Counted from the stretch's first letter, positions 18,134 to 27,566 are shown. The stretch: DNA of 40,000 nt from Cyanobacterium stanieri LEGE 03274 (GCF_015207825.1 NZ_JADEWC010000004.1:116155-156154); one strand, 5' to 3'. A program made the numbers and translations. Notes: a model not told the origin generated them from the sequence alone.

Positions 18134-18778
18134 TTGAAAAATAATCCGTATATATTTACCTTCCCTTACAATCATAAGGCTTTAGCTTTAACGGCTAGTT
18201 TAACCATTACTACTTTGTTAAGTTCCATTAGCTACACGGAATCGGCTAAGAGCGCTGTTTTAATTCAAGGTTTTGAAACAGGGGGTAATGTAGAATTAAC
18301 CCTTAGTGGCAGTTTAGATATTACAAGTACAATAATAAGTCCTAATGTTTTTGATACAGTTGGCGGGGGGGTTTTGTCTTCATGGGGTTTGATTTACTTT
18401 CAAAGTATTACAGAAGGAATCTTTATTTCTGATAGGATAGACACCCCGAGTAATTTAATCTTTGGCCCTAATCAGAGTGATTTTTCTCCTAGTAGCGTAT
18501 CAGGCTTTTTTTCTATTGTTGCTAGTGGTAATACCATCTACCTCGATTCAGAGTATAGCAGTGGAGATCCTTTAACTGGTACGATGATTTTTAACAATAC
18601 AACCTTTGCTGATTTGGGTATTATTCCTGGTACTTATGAATCGGGCTTTAATAATGGTGCTGATACAATTACCTTTAGATTTGGCAATATAACTACAACT
18701 CCTGAACCGAGCATCATTTTTGGCAGTATATTTGTTCTTGGCAGTGGTGTTCTATTTGGTAATAAAAAAAAGATTTAG
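18134..18778 (+). CDS. PEP-CTERM sorting-domain secreted protein
   Basis: The C-terminus TTTPEPSIIFGSIFVLGSGVLFGNKKKI has a PEP motif, a TM helix and a basic tail. The N-terminus looks like a signal peptide. The only available start is TTG at 18134, with no in-frame ATG near the 5' end. Confidence 0.7.
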   Translation: MKNNPYIFTFPYNHKALALTASLTITTLLSSISYTESAKSAVLIQGFETGGNVELTLSGSLDITSTIISPNVFDTVGGGVLSSWGLIYFQSITEGIFISDRIDTPSNLIFGPNQSDFSPSSVSGFFSIVASGNTIYLDSEYSSGDPLTGTMIFNNTTFADLGIIPGTYESGFNNGADTITFRFGNITTTPEPSIIFGSIFVLGSGVLFGNKKKI

Positions 18779-18796
18779 TTTAATGTTGAATTAATT

Positions 18797-18820
18797 TCCT
18801 CTCCAAAAAATAGGGGAGGA
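18797..18820. terminator. Stem-loop between convergent genes (PEP-CTERM gene and miaA)
   Basis: TCCTCTCC-aaaaaata-GGGGAGGA gives an 8-bp stem with one T.G pair. An A-rich loop or flank is available in both directions. Confidence 0.45.
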
Positions 18821-18840
18821 TTGGTAATTTGCCAGAGAAG

Positions 18841-19743
18841 TTATTCTTCAATTAATCTCATCACCTGTGCAAATAAATCAGGGCTATCGGCATTAAACCA
18901 ATTAATCTGAGGGTAAGCATTAAACCAAGTTCTTTGTCTTTTGGCAAACTGGCAGGTATGGGTAACAATCAACTCCTTTGCTTCATCTAAGGATATATTG
19001 CCCAATAAATATTGCTTAATTTCCCCATAGCCAAGGGTATTGAGTAAAGGCAAGTCAGCGCCATATTTTGCTATCAAAGTTTCTACTTCTTCTACCAATC
19101 CTTCTTCTAGCATGGTTAAGGTGCGCTGGTTGATTCTTCGACGACTCATTTCGCTGTCACAATGTAAGCCTATCTGGAGGATGGGATAAGATGGGGGCGC
19201 TTCTCCCTGTTGTTGGGAAATGGGTTTTCCTGTGACATAATAAACCTCTAAGGCTCTAATGGTTCTAGTTTCATCGTTAGGGTGAATTTTTTTGGTAGCT
19301 TCGTTATCCACTTGTTTTAACATAGAATACCGTTGTTTTTGATCATAGTCGGTTAGTTGTTGTCTTAGTTGGGGTTGGGGGGCGACGCGGGGAATTTTTA
19401 GCCCTTTGGTGATGGATTTTATATATAATCCTGTGCCACCTACTAAAAGGGGGGGAAGGTGATGATTTTGTTGGATGAGGGTTTGGGCTTTTTCTTGGTA
19501 GTCTGCAAGGGTAAGGGTTTCGGTGGGGTGGCAAATATCGATGAGGTGATGGGGGATAATTTTTTGCTCTTGGGAGGTGGGTTTGGCGGTGCCGATGTTA
19601 AATTCTTGGTATATTTGCCGAGAGTCGGCGCTGATGATGATACTGTTTAATGTCTGGGCTATTTTGAGGGCGAGGGATGATTTTCCACTGGCGGTGGCAC
19701 CACAAATGACGATAAGGGAATATTTTTTCATTGATTTTCGCAT
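18841..19743 (-). CDS. miaA: tRNA dimethylallyltransferase
   Basis: 300 aa. P-loop CGATASGKS, then ISADSRQIY..FNIGTAKP and the typical MiaA body. Confidence 0.92.
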   Translation of the reverse strand: MRKSMKKYSLIVICGATASGKSSLALKIAQTLNSIIISADSRQIYQEFNIGTAKPTSQEQKIIPHHLIDICHPTETLTLADYQEKAQTLIQQNHHLPPLLVGGTGLYIKSITKGLKIPRVAPQPQLRQQLTDYDQKQRYSMLKQVDNEATKKIHPNDETRTIRALEVYYVTGKPISQQQGEAPPSYPILQIGLHCDSEMSRRRINQRTLTMLEEGLVEEVETLIAKYGADLPLLNTLGYGEIKQYLLGNISLDEAKELIVTHTCQFAKRQRTWFNAYPQINWFNADSPDLFAQVMRLIEE

Positions 19744-19778
19744 TTTTTAACTGTTAAGCACTGAATCAGATTGGAGAA

Positions 19779-19797
19779 GAATGGGCAATGGGCAAAT
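19779..19797 (+). repeat. CAATG-heptamer tract (GAATGGGCAATGGGCAAAT)
   Basis: Read directly from the sequence. It lies 36-54 bp upstream of the miaA ATG. Confidence 0.7.
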
Positions 19798-19803
19798 CAT
19801 ATC

Positions 19804-19888
19804 AAATCCAATTAGTAAAATTTACATCACCCACTGTGTGATAAATTACACGGCTAACAGTTAACTTTCAATAAATTGAACTAGGGTT
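19804..19888 (+). repeat. Double-hairpin dispersed repeat (family A), divergent copy
   Basis: AATCCAATTAGTAAAATTTACATCACCCA-CTGTGTGATAAATTACACGG-CTAACAGTTAAC-TTTCAATAAATTGAAC. Hairpin 1 keeps its pairing through changed base pairs relative to the other copies. Confidence 0.8.
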
Positions 19889-20008
19889 AATTGTTTGAAT
19901 ATCTTTGTTAATTAATTTTATTTGTTTACTCTGTACGGTGTATTTTATATCACAAGATTATATTATGTCTGGGAATTCTAGGTTTATCAAAAAAATTGGG
20001 TTTATACC

Positions 20009-20097
20009 AAATCCGACTTAGAAAATATATCATTACTCGCCTTGCAATGAATTACAAGGCTAACAGTTTATCGTTCAATAAATTGAACTAAGGTATA
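20009..20097 (+). repeat. Double-hairpin dispersed repeat (family A), canonical copy
   Basis: Hairpin 1 is CCTTGCAATGAATTACAAGG (20040-20059). Hairpin 2 is GTTCAATAAATTGAAC (20073-20088), followed by TAAGGTATA. Confidence 0.85.
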
Positions 20098-20217
20098 TTT
20101 TGATTTAGTATTAAAACCTCGTCGTCAAATCAAAATTACTGGGTTTAAAACCTTGGCCTTCAGGACGACTTTATATCATATATTATTCATATAGTGGCTT
20201 AATTTATATTTTTAGGT

Positions 20218-22146
20218 CTAATTTTCTGGGGTTTGAAATCGCATATTTTTTAATTCTTGTAGTTGCTTTTCTGTGGTAATTATTTCTTGATAAAAGTGGT
20301 GTATTTTTTGTATGTCATTATCTTTTTCTAGTTGGGGAATTTGTTGTTGACAATATTGTTTATATTTTTCTAGTTTAATGGATTCAAGAGAGGCGATCGC
20401 ACTTTGAACATTAGCTTCAGGGGCAAACAATCTTTGACTAATATTTTCGGTGGGATATAAGATAGGATTTAGGATGGTGGACATTTCAGGGGGAATATTC
20501 ATATTTTCCTGTAACATTAACAGTAAATTATTATTGGTGTCTTGTTCTAGTTGTTGTATATTTAAATTGTGGATTTGCTGCCATAAAAAGCGATAGGGTT
20601 TGTAAGTAAACACTAAATCTTTTTCATCTAATAAATCAATTATTGGTTCTCTATATCTGGGAGTATGAATATAAATTAATAAGATTAAAAATTCTGCTTC
20701 CTCTATTTTAATATTTTCTGATGTTTTACTTAAATAACTACTAATATTACGGGAGTTTTTTTTCTGATTATAAGTTTTAGTAGCAGTCTGTAAACTCTGA
20801 TAAATTCTTTTAAATTCCTGACTATTAGGGTTATTAAATTTACTTCTACCACGGCTTAATAACTCGGCACAGGATGATAAATAATAATCTTTGGTGGAAT
20901 CTTTACTAATTTTTTTTAATAATCTCACAATACTTTGAAATCCTAATTCAAAGTCAGCACTTTCTTGTAAATTCCGAGTATTTACTATTTGTTGTATTTG
21001 CCAATCTAACCATAAAGGGGCATTTTGCATCAAAGTTAAATATTTTTCTGTGGCTTCTTTTCCTGTGGCTAAAAACTCATCGGCATCTTTACCATCAGGA
21101 ATATTAACAACTTTTAATTTCATTTGCCCTGAATAAATGAGATTTTCTACTTCCTTAATGGCTCTTTCTGTGGCTTTTAATCCTGCTTTATCAGCATCAA
21201 AATTAACAATAATTTCTTTCGATTCAGTGTAACGGGAAAGGAGTTTTACATGGTTTTCGGTTAAAGCTGTACCTAACACCGCTACGGCATTTTTTATATT
21301 ATAACGGTGAAGGGCGATCGCATCGAAATATCCTTCTACCACTATGGCTTTATCCTCTTTAACAATGGTTTTTTTTGCCTTATCAAGGGCGAATAAAGTT
21401 CTACTTTTAGAAAATAATTCCGTATCAGGGGAATTTAAATATTTAGGTAAACTATCATCAAGACTTCTTGCCCCAAAAGCTATTACTCTACCTTCTTTAT
21501 CCATAATGGGAATCATTAAACGATTACGAAAATAATCAATATATCCATCTCCCTTATTTCTTTTTTTAATTAATCCCGCTTGGGCAACTAACATCACAGG
21601 ATAATTTTTGATTTCCACTAAATAATTATAAAGAGTTTCCCAATTATTGGGGGCATATCCTAATTTAAATTCTTGGATTGTTTCTTCTGATAATTCTCTT
21701 TTTTCAAATAAATATTTTAAGGCTTCTTCTCCTTCTTTTTGCCTTAAACTGTGCTGATAAAAATTACAAGCTACTGCCAAAATTTCGTATAATTGTTCCC
21801 TCAAAGAAAGCTGTTTTTGAATTTCTTTTTGTTGTTCAGGAGCTAAACTTTTAACAGGAATTTGATAACGATGGGCAAGGTTTAATACTACTTCTTTAAA
21901 AGACTGTTTATTAATGTCCATCAAAAATTTAATCGCTCCACCCCCCGCACCGCAACCAAAACAGTAGTAAAGTTGTTTGGTAGGGCTAACGGTAAAACTA
22001 GGGCTTTTTTCGTCATGGAAAGGACATAAACCGCTAAATTCTCTCCCTTTCTTTTGTAAAACTACGTAGTCAGAAACGATTTCTACTAGGTCGATTTTTT
22101 CTTTTACTTCATTGATGGTGTCGGGGTGAAGGCTGATTTTTTCCAT
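20218..22146 (-). CDS. dnaG: DNA primase
   Basis: Zinc-ribbon CPFHDEKSPSFTVSP..YYCFGCGAGG and a TOPRIM region (VVEGYFDAIAL, NFDADKAG). The ORF-track start 22227 adds 27 non-conserved residues; the ATG at 22146 (MEKISLHPDTI) is more likely. Confidence 0.92.
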   Translation of the reverse strand: MEKISLHPDTINEVKEKIDLVEIVSDYVVLQKKGREFSGLCPFHDEKSPSFTVSPTKQLYYCFGCGAGGGAIKFLMDINKQSFKEVVLNLAHRYQIPVKSLAPEQQKEIQKQLSLREQLYEILAVACNFYQHSLRQKEGEEALKYLFEKRELSEETIQEFKLGYAPNNWETLYNYLVEIKNYPVMLVAQAGLIKKRNKGDGYIDYFRNRLMIPIMDKEGRVIAFGARSLDDSLPKYLNSPDTELFSKSRTLFALDKAKKTIVKEDKAIVVEGYFDAIALHRYNIKNAVAVLGTALTENHVKLLSRYTESKEIIVNFDADKAGLKATERAIKEVENLIYSGQMKLKVVNIPDGKDADEFLATGKEATEKYLTLMQNAPLWLDWQIQQIVNTRNLQESADFELGFQSIVRLLKKISKDSTKDYYLSSCAELLSRGRSKFNNPNSQEFKRIYQSLQTATKTYNQKKNSRNISSYLSKTSENIKIEEAEFLILLIYIHTPRYREPIIDLLDEKDLVFTYKPYRFLWQQIHNLNIQQLEQDTNNNLLLMLQENMNIPPEMSTILNPILYPTENISQRLFAPEANVQSAIASLESIKLEKYKQYCQQQIPQLEKDNDIQKIHHFYQEIITTEKQLQELKNMRFQTPEN

Positions 22147-22250
22147 GGTTAAATTATAGGAAATTTCGGGGCAAAAAGATTGGATTTGCGGGGCTTGTAG
22201 TATGAAAATTAATTTAGTTACACTCAAGATTGAGGTATAAAAATATTATC

Positions 22251-22272
22251 ACCATTACCCATTCCCGTTCCC
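22251..22272. repeat. Heptamer-like tract (ACCATTACCCATTCCCGTTCCC)
   Basis: Read directly from the sequence. It lies in the divergent dnaG / TPR-gene promoter spacer. Confidence 0.55.
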
Positions 22273-22317
22273 TAATTTCGGATATAGTAGTTATTAAATT
22301 CGCAATTTCAATGTTAT

Positions 22318-23133
22318 ATGTTTAAATCAATTATTGTCGCTATTTTAATCTTGTGTTTGGCTTGGATTTCTCCTTCTCCTGCCTTTGCCCAAGAGCAAAT
22401 TACTATCACCGAAGAGCAATTAGCACAGGGAGAAGCCATTGCTCAAAAAGCCATAGAAGCCACCCAAAAAGGTGATTTTGTCAAGGCTCAAGAATACTGG
22501 ACGCAGTTAATTGAGGCTTTTCCTACCAATCCTGCGGTGTGGAGTAATCGTGGTAATTCCCTTGTGAGTCAGAATAAGTTACAAGAGGCGATCGCAGATT
22601 ACAACCAATCTATTATCTTAGCACCCGATGCCCCCGATCCTTATCTTAATCGTGGTACTGCCTACGAAGGTTTAGGGGAATATCAAAGGGCGATCGCAGA
22701 TTACAATAAAGTATTAGAATTAGATCCTAACGATGCCATGGCATACAATAACCTTGGTAATGCTAACGCAGGACTTAAAAACTGGGAAACCGCCGTAGAA
22801 TTGTACCACAAAGCCACAGAAATCGCTCCTAACTTTGCCTTTGCAGGGGCTAACGAATCCCTCGCCCTTTACGAATTAGGCAGAAAAGAAGATGCCCTCA
22901 GAAAAATGCGCAACATCGTTCGTAAATATCCAATGTTTCCCGATATGCGTGCCGCCCTCACCGCCGCCCTCTGGGAAAATGGTAAACAAGGGGAAGCAGA
23001 AAGCAACTGGGTTGCCACTGTGGGTATGGATAGCCGTTACAAGGATTTGGATTGGTTGCGGGAAGTCAGAAGATGGCCTCCTAGTATGATAGAAGCCCTA
23101 GAAAGTTTTATTAATCTTGACGCTCAAGCGTAA
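22318..23133 (+). CDS. Secreted or periplasmic tetratricopeptide-repeat protein
   Basis: Signal peptide ending SPAFAQE. There are at least 4-5 TPR units (AIADYNQSIILAPD.., AIADYNKVLELDPNDAMAYNNLGNA..). Confidence 0.8.
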   Translation: MFKSIIVAILILCLAWISPSPAFAQEQITITEEQLAQGEAIAQKAIEATQKGDFVKAQEYWTQLIEAFPTNPAVWSNRGNSLVSQNKLQEAIADYNQSIILAPDAPDPYLNRGTAYEGLGEYQRAIADYNKVLELDPNDAMAYNNLGNANAGLKNWETAVELYHKATEIAPNFAFAGANESLALYELGRKEDALRKMRNIVRKYPMFPDMRAALTAALWENGKQGEAESNWVATVGMDSRYKDLDWLREVRRWPPSMIEALESFINLDAQA

Positions 23134-23147
23134 TCCTGAAAAGGAAT

Positions 23148-23175
23148 GCACAGCCTATTAATACTATGGTTGTGC
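23148..23175. terminator. Stem-loop between convergent genes (TPR gene and the 23246-23905 gene)
   Basis: GCACAGCC-tattaatactat-GGTTGTGC gives an 8-bp stem with one G.T pair. There is no clean U-run. Confidence 0.3.
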
Positions 23176-23245
23176 TACCACAATCTTAACTTTTTCCATC
23201 TATTTTCTATCCATTAAAAAGTAATCATTCCCCAGAAAAATGAAA

Positions 23246-23905
23246 CTATAATTTAAACTCTTTTTCCAGAGTCAGAGCAACTTTAGCACTAATACCATTA
23301 ATCCAATTTTCATTCTGTTTGGTGTAACTACGAGGAATATTAGTCGCTACCATCATCACACCACAATCATTCAAAGGTAAACAAATTAAACCTTGAACAT
23401 TTTCAGGAAAATAATTAAACTCTATTTTACCTGGGTAATGTTTTAAATCTACAAGATAAATAGGCTTATGAGTTTTAATGACTCTTTCGACAATTTGACC
23501 CACTTTTACATCTTTTTGAGTTCCTAAAATACCCCGTCTTAATAGGGTTTTATCTTGATAATAAATAATAACTGATTTAGTAACCGTATTACTCAAAATT
23601 AAATGACTTGCCCAAGCTAATTCTGTCTTAAGATTTTCTGATAAATCTTCCCTTAATTCAAAGCCTTCTTGTCCTTCTAAAACAACACTTTGAGGAGGTT
23701 CGGGGTTGATTTGTCTAGCCAAAATACTGGTTAATAATAGCATGGCACATAAAATGATTCCTAAGGCATCAGAACGAGCTTGAGAGTCTAATAATGTAGG
23801 AGTAACTAAACGATTTATCATCAGTAAAGTTCCCCCTAAAATACCAGCGATTAAGGGTAAATTTTTTAGAAGGCTATTTTCTGAAGACTTATTTTTTTCT
23901 GGCAT
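23246..23905 (-). CDS. Conserved membrane protein, possibly CCB2/CCB4-like (cytochrome b6f cofactor assembly)
   Basis: 219 aa with two N-terminal TM helices and a soluble C-terminal domain. The family assignment is from memory of cyanobacterial CCB2/4 (DUF2930) architecture only. Confidence 0.4.
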   Translation of the reverse strand: MPEKNKSSENSLLKNLPLIAGILGGTLLMINRLVTPTLLDSQARSDALGIILCAMLLLTSILARQINPEPPQSVVLEGQEGFELREDLSENLKTELAWASHLILSNTVTKSVIIYYQDKTLLRRGILGTQKDVKVGQIVERVIKTHKPIYLVDLKHYPGKIEFNYFPENVQGLICLPLNDCGVMMVATNIPRSYTKQNENWINGISAKVALTLEKEFKL

Positions 23906-23943
23906 TATTTTTTTATTCTTAAGAATCTTAATTTTAGATTATT

Positions 23944-24022
23944 AATTTAGTCAGAATCACTTCCCTTGCAATGAATTACGAGGCTAACAGTTTATCGTTC
24001 AATAAATTGAACTAAGGTATAT
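23944..24022 (+). repeat. Double-hairpin dispersed repeat (family A), copy with shortened 5' arm
   Basis: Hairpin 1 is CCTTGCAATGAATTACGAGG (23964-23983, one T.G pair). Hairpin 2 is GTTCAATAAATTGAAC (23997-24012), followed by TAAGGTATA. Confidence 0.85.
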
Positions 24023-24223
24023 TTTTATTTACGGGTTTAGTACAATTTTTTGGTATGTACATTGACAAAACTTCTTATTATGGTAGTTTTAAGGGGTCTA
24101 TACCCCCCATTATAAAGAGTTAATAATAATTCTTAATATCATTAAATAGTCTAAAATAATCAAATATTTACTTTATCAATTTTTTAATACCTTAGAACAA
24201 TAATTATTATTAAAAAGTAAATA

Positions 24224-24970
24224 TTAACTACCAGCCGAAGCCCGTTTTTCCCCTGGCTCTAGGATACGTTGAAATAAATATCCTGTACCTCTGGCGGTTA
24301 AAATTAGTTCAGGATTACTAGGATCTTCCTCTAATTTAGCCCGTAAACGGGAAACATGGACATCAACAACCCTAGTATCCACATGACGTTCGGGGGTATA
24401 ACCCCATACTTCTTGGAGAATTTCGGAGCGGGAAAAAGGTTCTCCAGATTTGCTCACCAGTAATTCTAATAGACTAAATTCCATGCCTGTGAGGCGAATT
24501 CGTTGATCTCCTTTATAAACCTGTCTTTTGTTGGTATCAATGCGAATAGAATTGACAGAAATAACCCCAGAGCTAGGAATACCAGCTACGCCATCCTTAT
24601 CTACCCTTCTCAATACAGAGCGAATTCTAGCTTCTAATTCCTTAGGTGAAAAGGGTTTGACAACATAATCATCAGCGCCTAATTCAAGACCTGTGATACG
24701 GTCGGCAACGTCTCCTAGAGCTGTTAACATGATGATGGGGATGTCTGATTCTTTACGTAGCTCTTGACATACTCCATAACCGTCTAATTTAGGCATCATT
24801 ACGTCTAATACTACCAAATCGGGTTGGGTTTCGTGGAAAGTTGCGATCGCATCTTCCCCATCCGCGGCGGTTACCACATCATAACCAATCATTGATAAAC
24901 GAGTTTCCAGAATTCGTCTAATACTAGCTTCATCATCAACAACTAAAATTCTTTCTTTTTGTGTATCCAA
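24224..24970 (-). CDS. rpaB: OmpR-family response regulator RpaB (Ycf27)
   Basis: ILVVDDEASIRRILETRLSMIGYDVVTAADGE.., DLVVLDVMMPKLDGYGVCQELRKESDIPIIMLTALGDVADRITGLELGADDYVVKPFSPKELEARIRSVLRR. This is the highly conserved RpaB sequence. Confidence 0.9.
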   Translation of the reverse strand: MDTQKERILVVDDEASIRRILETRLSMIGYDVVTAADGEDAIATFHETQPDLVVLDVMMPKLDGYGVCQELRKESDIPIIMLTALGDVADRITGLELGADDYVVKPFSPKELEARIRSVLRRVDKDGVAGIPSSGVISVNSIRIDTNKRQVYKGDQRIRLTGMEFSLLELLVSKSGEPFSRSEILQEVWGYTPERHVDTRVVDVHVSRLRAKLEEDPSNPELILTARGTGYLFQRILEPGEKRASAGS

Positions 24971-25269
24971 TTTACAAAACTCCTCGATCCCTAAATAGTG
25001 TACTTTTATAAATATCTGTTTACCGAAAAGATTTCCTTAAAAAAATCCATAGGAAACCTCAAAATAATTTGTTTTTCTCTCTGAGTCACATACTCACAAG
25101 TTTTTTTAAACAGTCATAATATTAATTTACAATAATTTTAACCTGTCAACATAACGAATTACTTTGTTTTATTCTGAGTAACCATCAACAAATCTACTTT
25201 TAGAAAGAAATTGGAGATTATCAATACATCTTTTGATATATGACATAAGCCTTGAAAAAAGAATCTAGG

Positions 25270-25683
25270 TTAGGGAATATTATTTTTAAATTTTTGCAAA
25301 TATTTACACCATTCCTGAGCCATAGTACCCTGAGTAAAAGGAACTATAATAGACTGATTTTCCTGAGTAATAAACTGTATATTTGCCTCTTGTTTCTCTG
25401 ATAAATTCGAGTCCAAAGCAACCTGATTTTTATCCACTAGATTGATTTGAACAATATCATCTAAAGAAAATGTAATGGTGTTAATTATTCCCTTAGCCGT
25501 TGGTTTACCCCAAGTAATCAAGTTACCTTTTTTACCTAAAACCGCATAAATATCGTATTTAGATTTATCAAAATTTTCTGCCCAAACTTTATAATTTTCC
25601 AATTTCTGGTATTCATTTTTACCACTCCAAGCCAACCAAAAGAAAAGGATTAATAAAGGTAACCAAAATAAACCACGTTCCAT
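25270..25683 (-). CDS. Hypothetical small membrane-anchored protein
   Basis: It has one N-terminal TM helix (LFWLPLLILFFWLAW). The ORF-track start 25698 is TTG; the ATG at 25683 (MERGLF) is more likely. I recognise no family. Confidence 0.5.
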   Translation of the reverse strand: MERGLFWLPLLILFFWLAWSGKNEYQKLENYKVWAENFDKSKYDIYAVLGKKGNLITWGKPTAKGIINTITFSLDDIVQINLVDKNQVALDSNLSEKQEANIQFITQENQSIIVPFTQGTMAQEWCKYLQKFKNNIP

Positions 25684-25775
25684 GTTAAAATCTAGCAACT
25701 CAAATTAAAATCAGACTACCATAGAATAAGATCAACAAGATCACAATATAGTGAATAGTTAAGTAAAATAATTAT

Positions 25776-26474
25776 ATGACTTCTTACACAACTTCCTCCG
25801 CCAGAGCAGAAATGAATGAATTAAGAAGATTAAAAACCCTCTTACCTCCTGAATTACAAAGCTGGGTAATGGTAGAATCTTCCACTGAAGTTAATCCTCC
25901 CTTAATCCGTAGTGAAGAATTGGGCAAGGATGAGGTAGAAATCCAAATTGATTTAGCAAAGTGGGAAAACTTAGCTATTGATCAACGAAATTTAATGTTT
26001 TGGCATGAGGTAGCAAGAATTCAAAATGATACTATTCCCAAAGAAGGATGGGAAATGGCAGCCCTTGCCATTGGTTTAGGGGGCGCTGTGGGTGAATTGT
26101 GGGTGCAGGATGGTTTATTGTTATTGTTAGCTTTGTCGTTGTGTGGTATTTCGGGTTATCGTCTTTGGCAAAAAAATAATGGTGAGAAAAATCTCAAGGA
26201 TGCCATTGAAGCTGATGAAAAGGCGATTTTGTTGGCCACTCGCTTTGGTTATTCTTTAAAGAATGCTTATCAGAGTTTGGGCAGCGCCCTTAAAACATTA
26301 ATTGAGCAAACTCCTAAACGTAATCAACGCAAGAAATATGAGGAGCGTTTACAGGCGTTGCGTCGTAGTGCGGCTAAGGCGAAACAAAGGGAGGCACAAA
26401 ATATGGGTAATCAACCTTTACAAACTCCCCCTTCTCCTCGCTCTCGTAATAGTGCTAGGATGCGCAATATTTAG
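25776..26474 (+). CDS. Conserved hypothetical protein with a central TM hairpin and a basic C-terminal tail
   Basis: 232 aa. It has a hydrophobic pair of helices (MAALAIGLGGAVGELWV / LLLLLALSLCGISGY) and a Lys/Arg-rich tail. It resembles a cyanobacteria-restricted DUF family, but I cannot name it with confidence. Confidence 0.55.
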   Translation: MTSYTTSSARAEMNELRRLKTLLPPELQSWVMVESSTEVNPPLIRSEELGKDEVEIQIDLAKWENLAIDQRNLMFWHEVARIQNDTIPKEGWEMAALAIGLGGAVGELWVQDGLLLLLALSLCGISGYRLWQKNNGEKNLKDAIEADEKAILLATRFGYSLKNAYQSLGSALKTLIEQTPKRNQRKKYEERLQALRRSAAKAKQREAQNMGNQPLQTPPSPRSRNSARMRNI

Positions 26475-26584
26475 GCACATTGATAGGGGTATTTATTGCC
26501 CCTGATGGGTGGTTTTTTTGTTCGTGGAAATTGCCTTGGTGATATATAATTGCAGGTTGTGAAAGTATAGGTAAAATAATTATT

Positions 26585-27316
26585 GTGAAAATTTCTGTTT
26601 ATCATACCCCTGAGTCAACCCCTGAAGGTCAAATTCCTGATTGTGCGGTGGTTATTGACGTACTTCGGGCGACTACGACTATTGCTACGGCTTTAAGTGC
26701 AGGGGCTGAGTCGGTAAGGGCTTTTAGTGATATTAATTTATTGTTGACAGAAAGTGAGTCTTTGTCGTCGGATAAAAGATTGAGATTAGGGGAAAGGGGC
26801 GGAAAAAAGGTAGAGTCTTGTGATATGGGTAATTCTCCCCTAGATTGTACTCCTCAGGTGGTTAAGGATAAGCAATTATTTATTAGCACAACCAATGGCA
26901 CTAGGGCGTTACAGAGGGTGCAAGATGCTAATGTGGTGGTTACTGGGGCGATGATTAATTTGGGTGCTGTGGTGGATTTTTTAGCTGGTAAAAACCCTGA
27001 AAATGTCTGGTTGGTGGGCTCTGGTTGGGAGGGGGGTTATTCCCTTGAGGATACTGTTTGTGCTGGGGCGATCGCCTCTAGGCTTATTGAGGACTATAAT
27101 ATTGAGATGATTGGTAATGATGAGGTTATAAGTGCGATCGCCCTTTACCAACAATGGCAAAAAGATTTAGTAAAATTATTTACCTTCGCTAGTCACGGAC
27201 AAAGATTATTAAGACTCAACTTGGTGGATGATTTAAAATATTGCGCCCAAACCAACATCATTGATACCCTTCCCATACAACAACAAAAAGGAAGTTTATT
27301 ATTTAAGGCTCAATAA
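26585..27316 (+). CDS. comB: 2-phosphosulfolactate phosphatase family protein
   Basis: 243 aa with a GTG start. It has the ComB-family N-terminal motif [17 protein letters not shown] and the TTNGTRAL motif. Confidence 0.8.
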   Translation: MKISVYHTPESTPEGQIPDCAVVIDVLRATTTIATALSAGAESVRAFSDINLLLTESESLSSDKRLRLGERGGKKVESCDMGNSPLDCTPQVVKDKQLFISTTNGTRALQRVQDANVVVTGAMINLGAVVDFLAGKNPENVWLVGSGWEGGYSLEDTVCAGAIASRLIEDYNIEMIGNDEVISAIALYQQWQKDLVKLFTFASHGQRLLRLNLVDDLKYCAQTNIIDTLPIQQQKGSLLFKAQ

Positions 27317-27341
27317 TATTTGGGGCGTTGCTGATTTTATA

Positions 27342-27484
27342 TCTAGTTCGGATAATTCGTTATAAATAGATTGTATCTTTGCAGTTGCCCCACCGTTTAA
27401 ACAATGGAAAATTGACAATAAATAATTAAACTATTATCACCCCAACTCCGCATCCCTCATACTCAAACTAAATGTTAGATTAAG
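27342..27484 (+). repeat. Family-B ~150-bp intergenic element, copy 1 (upstream of the HdrB-like gene)
   Basis: It aligns by eye along its length with 28465-28606: TCTAGTTCGGATAA.., AATTGACAATAAATAATTAAACTATT, ACTCCGCATCCCTC, ..AAATGTTAGATTAAG. Identity is roughly 65-70%. Confidence 0.65.
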
Positions 27485-27566
27485 AAATATTGCAAAGCCC
27501 CTCAAAAAAGCGAAATAAATAAGTCAAAATAGAGCATAGAACAACTCACCATCATCAAAAATCATC

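Noticed and set aside
24093-24106. GGGGT-ctat-ACCCC hairpin about 115 nt downstream of rpaB, a possible rpaB terminator.
   Set aside because: The stem is 5 bp, and the minus-strand tail is TTAAAACT rather than a U-run. The evidence is insufficient.
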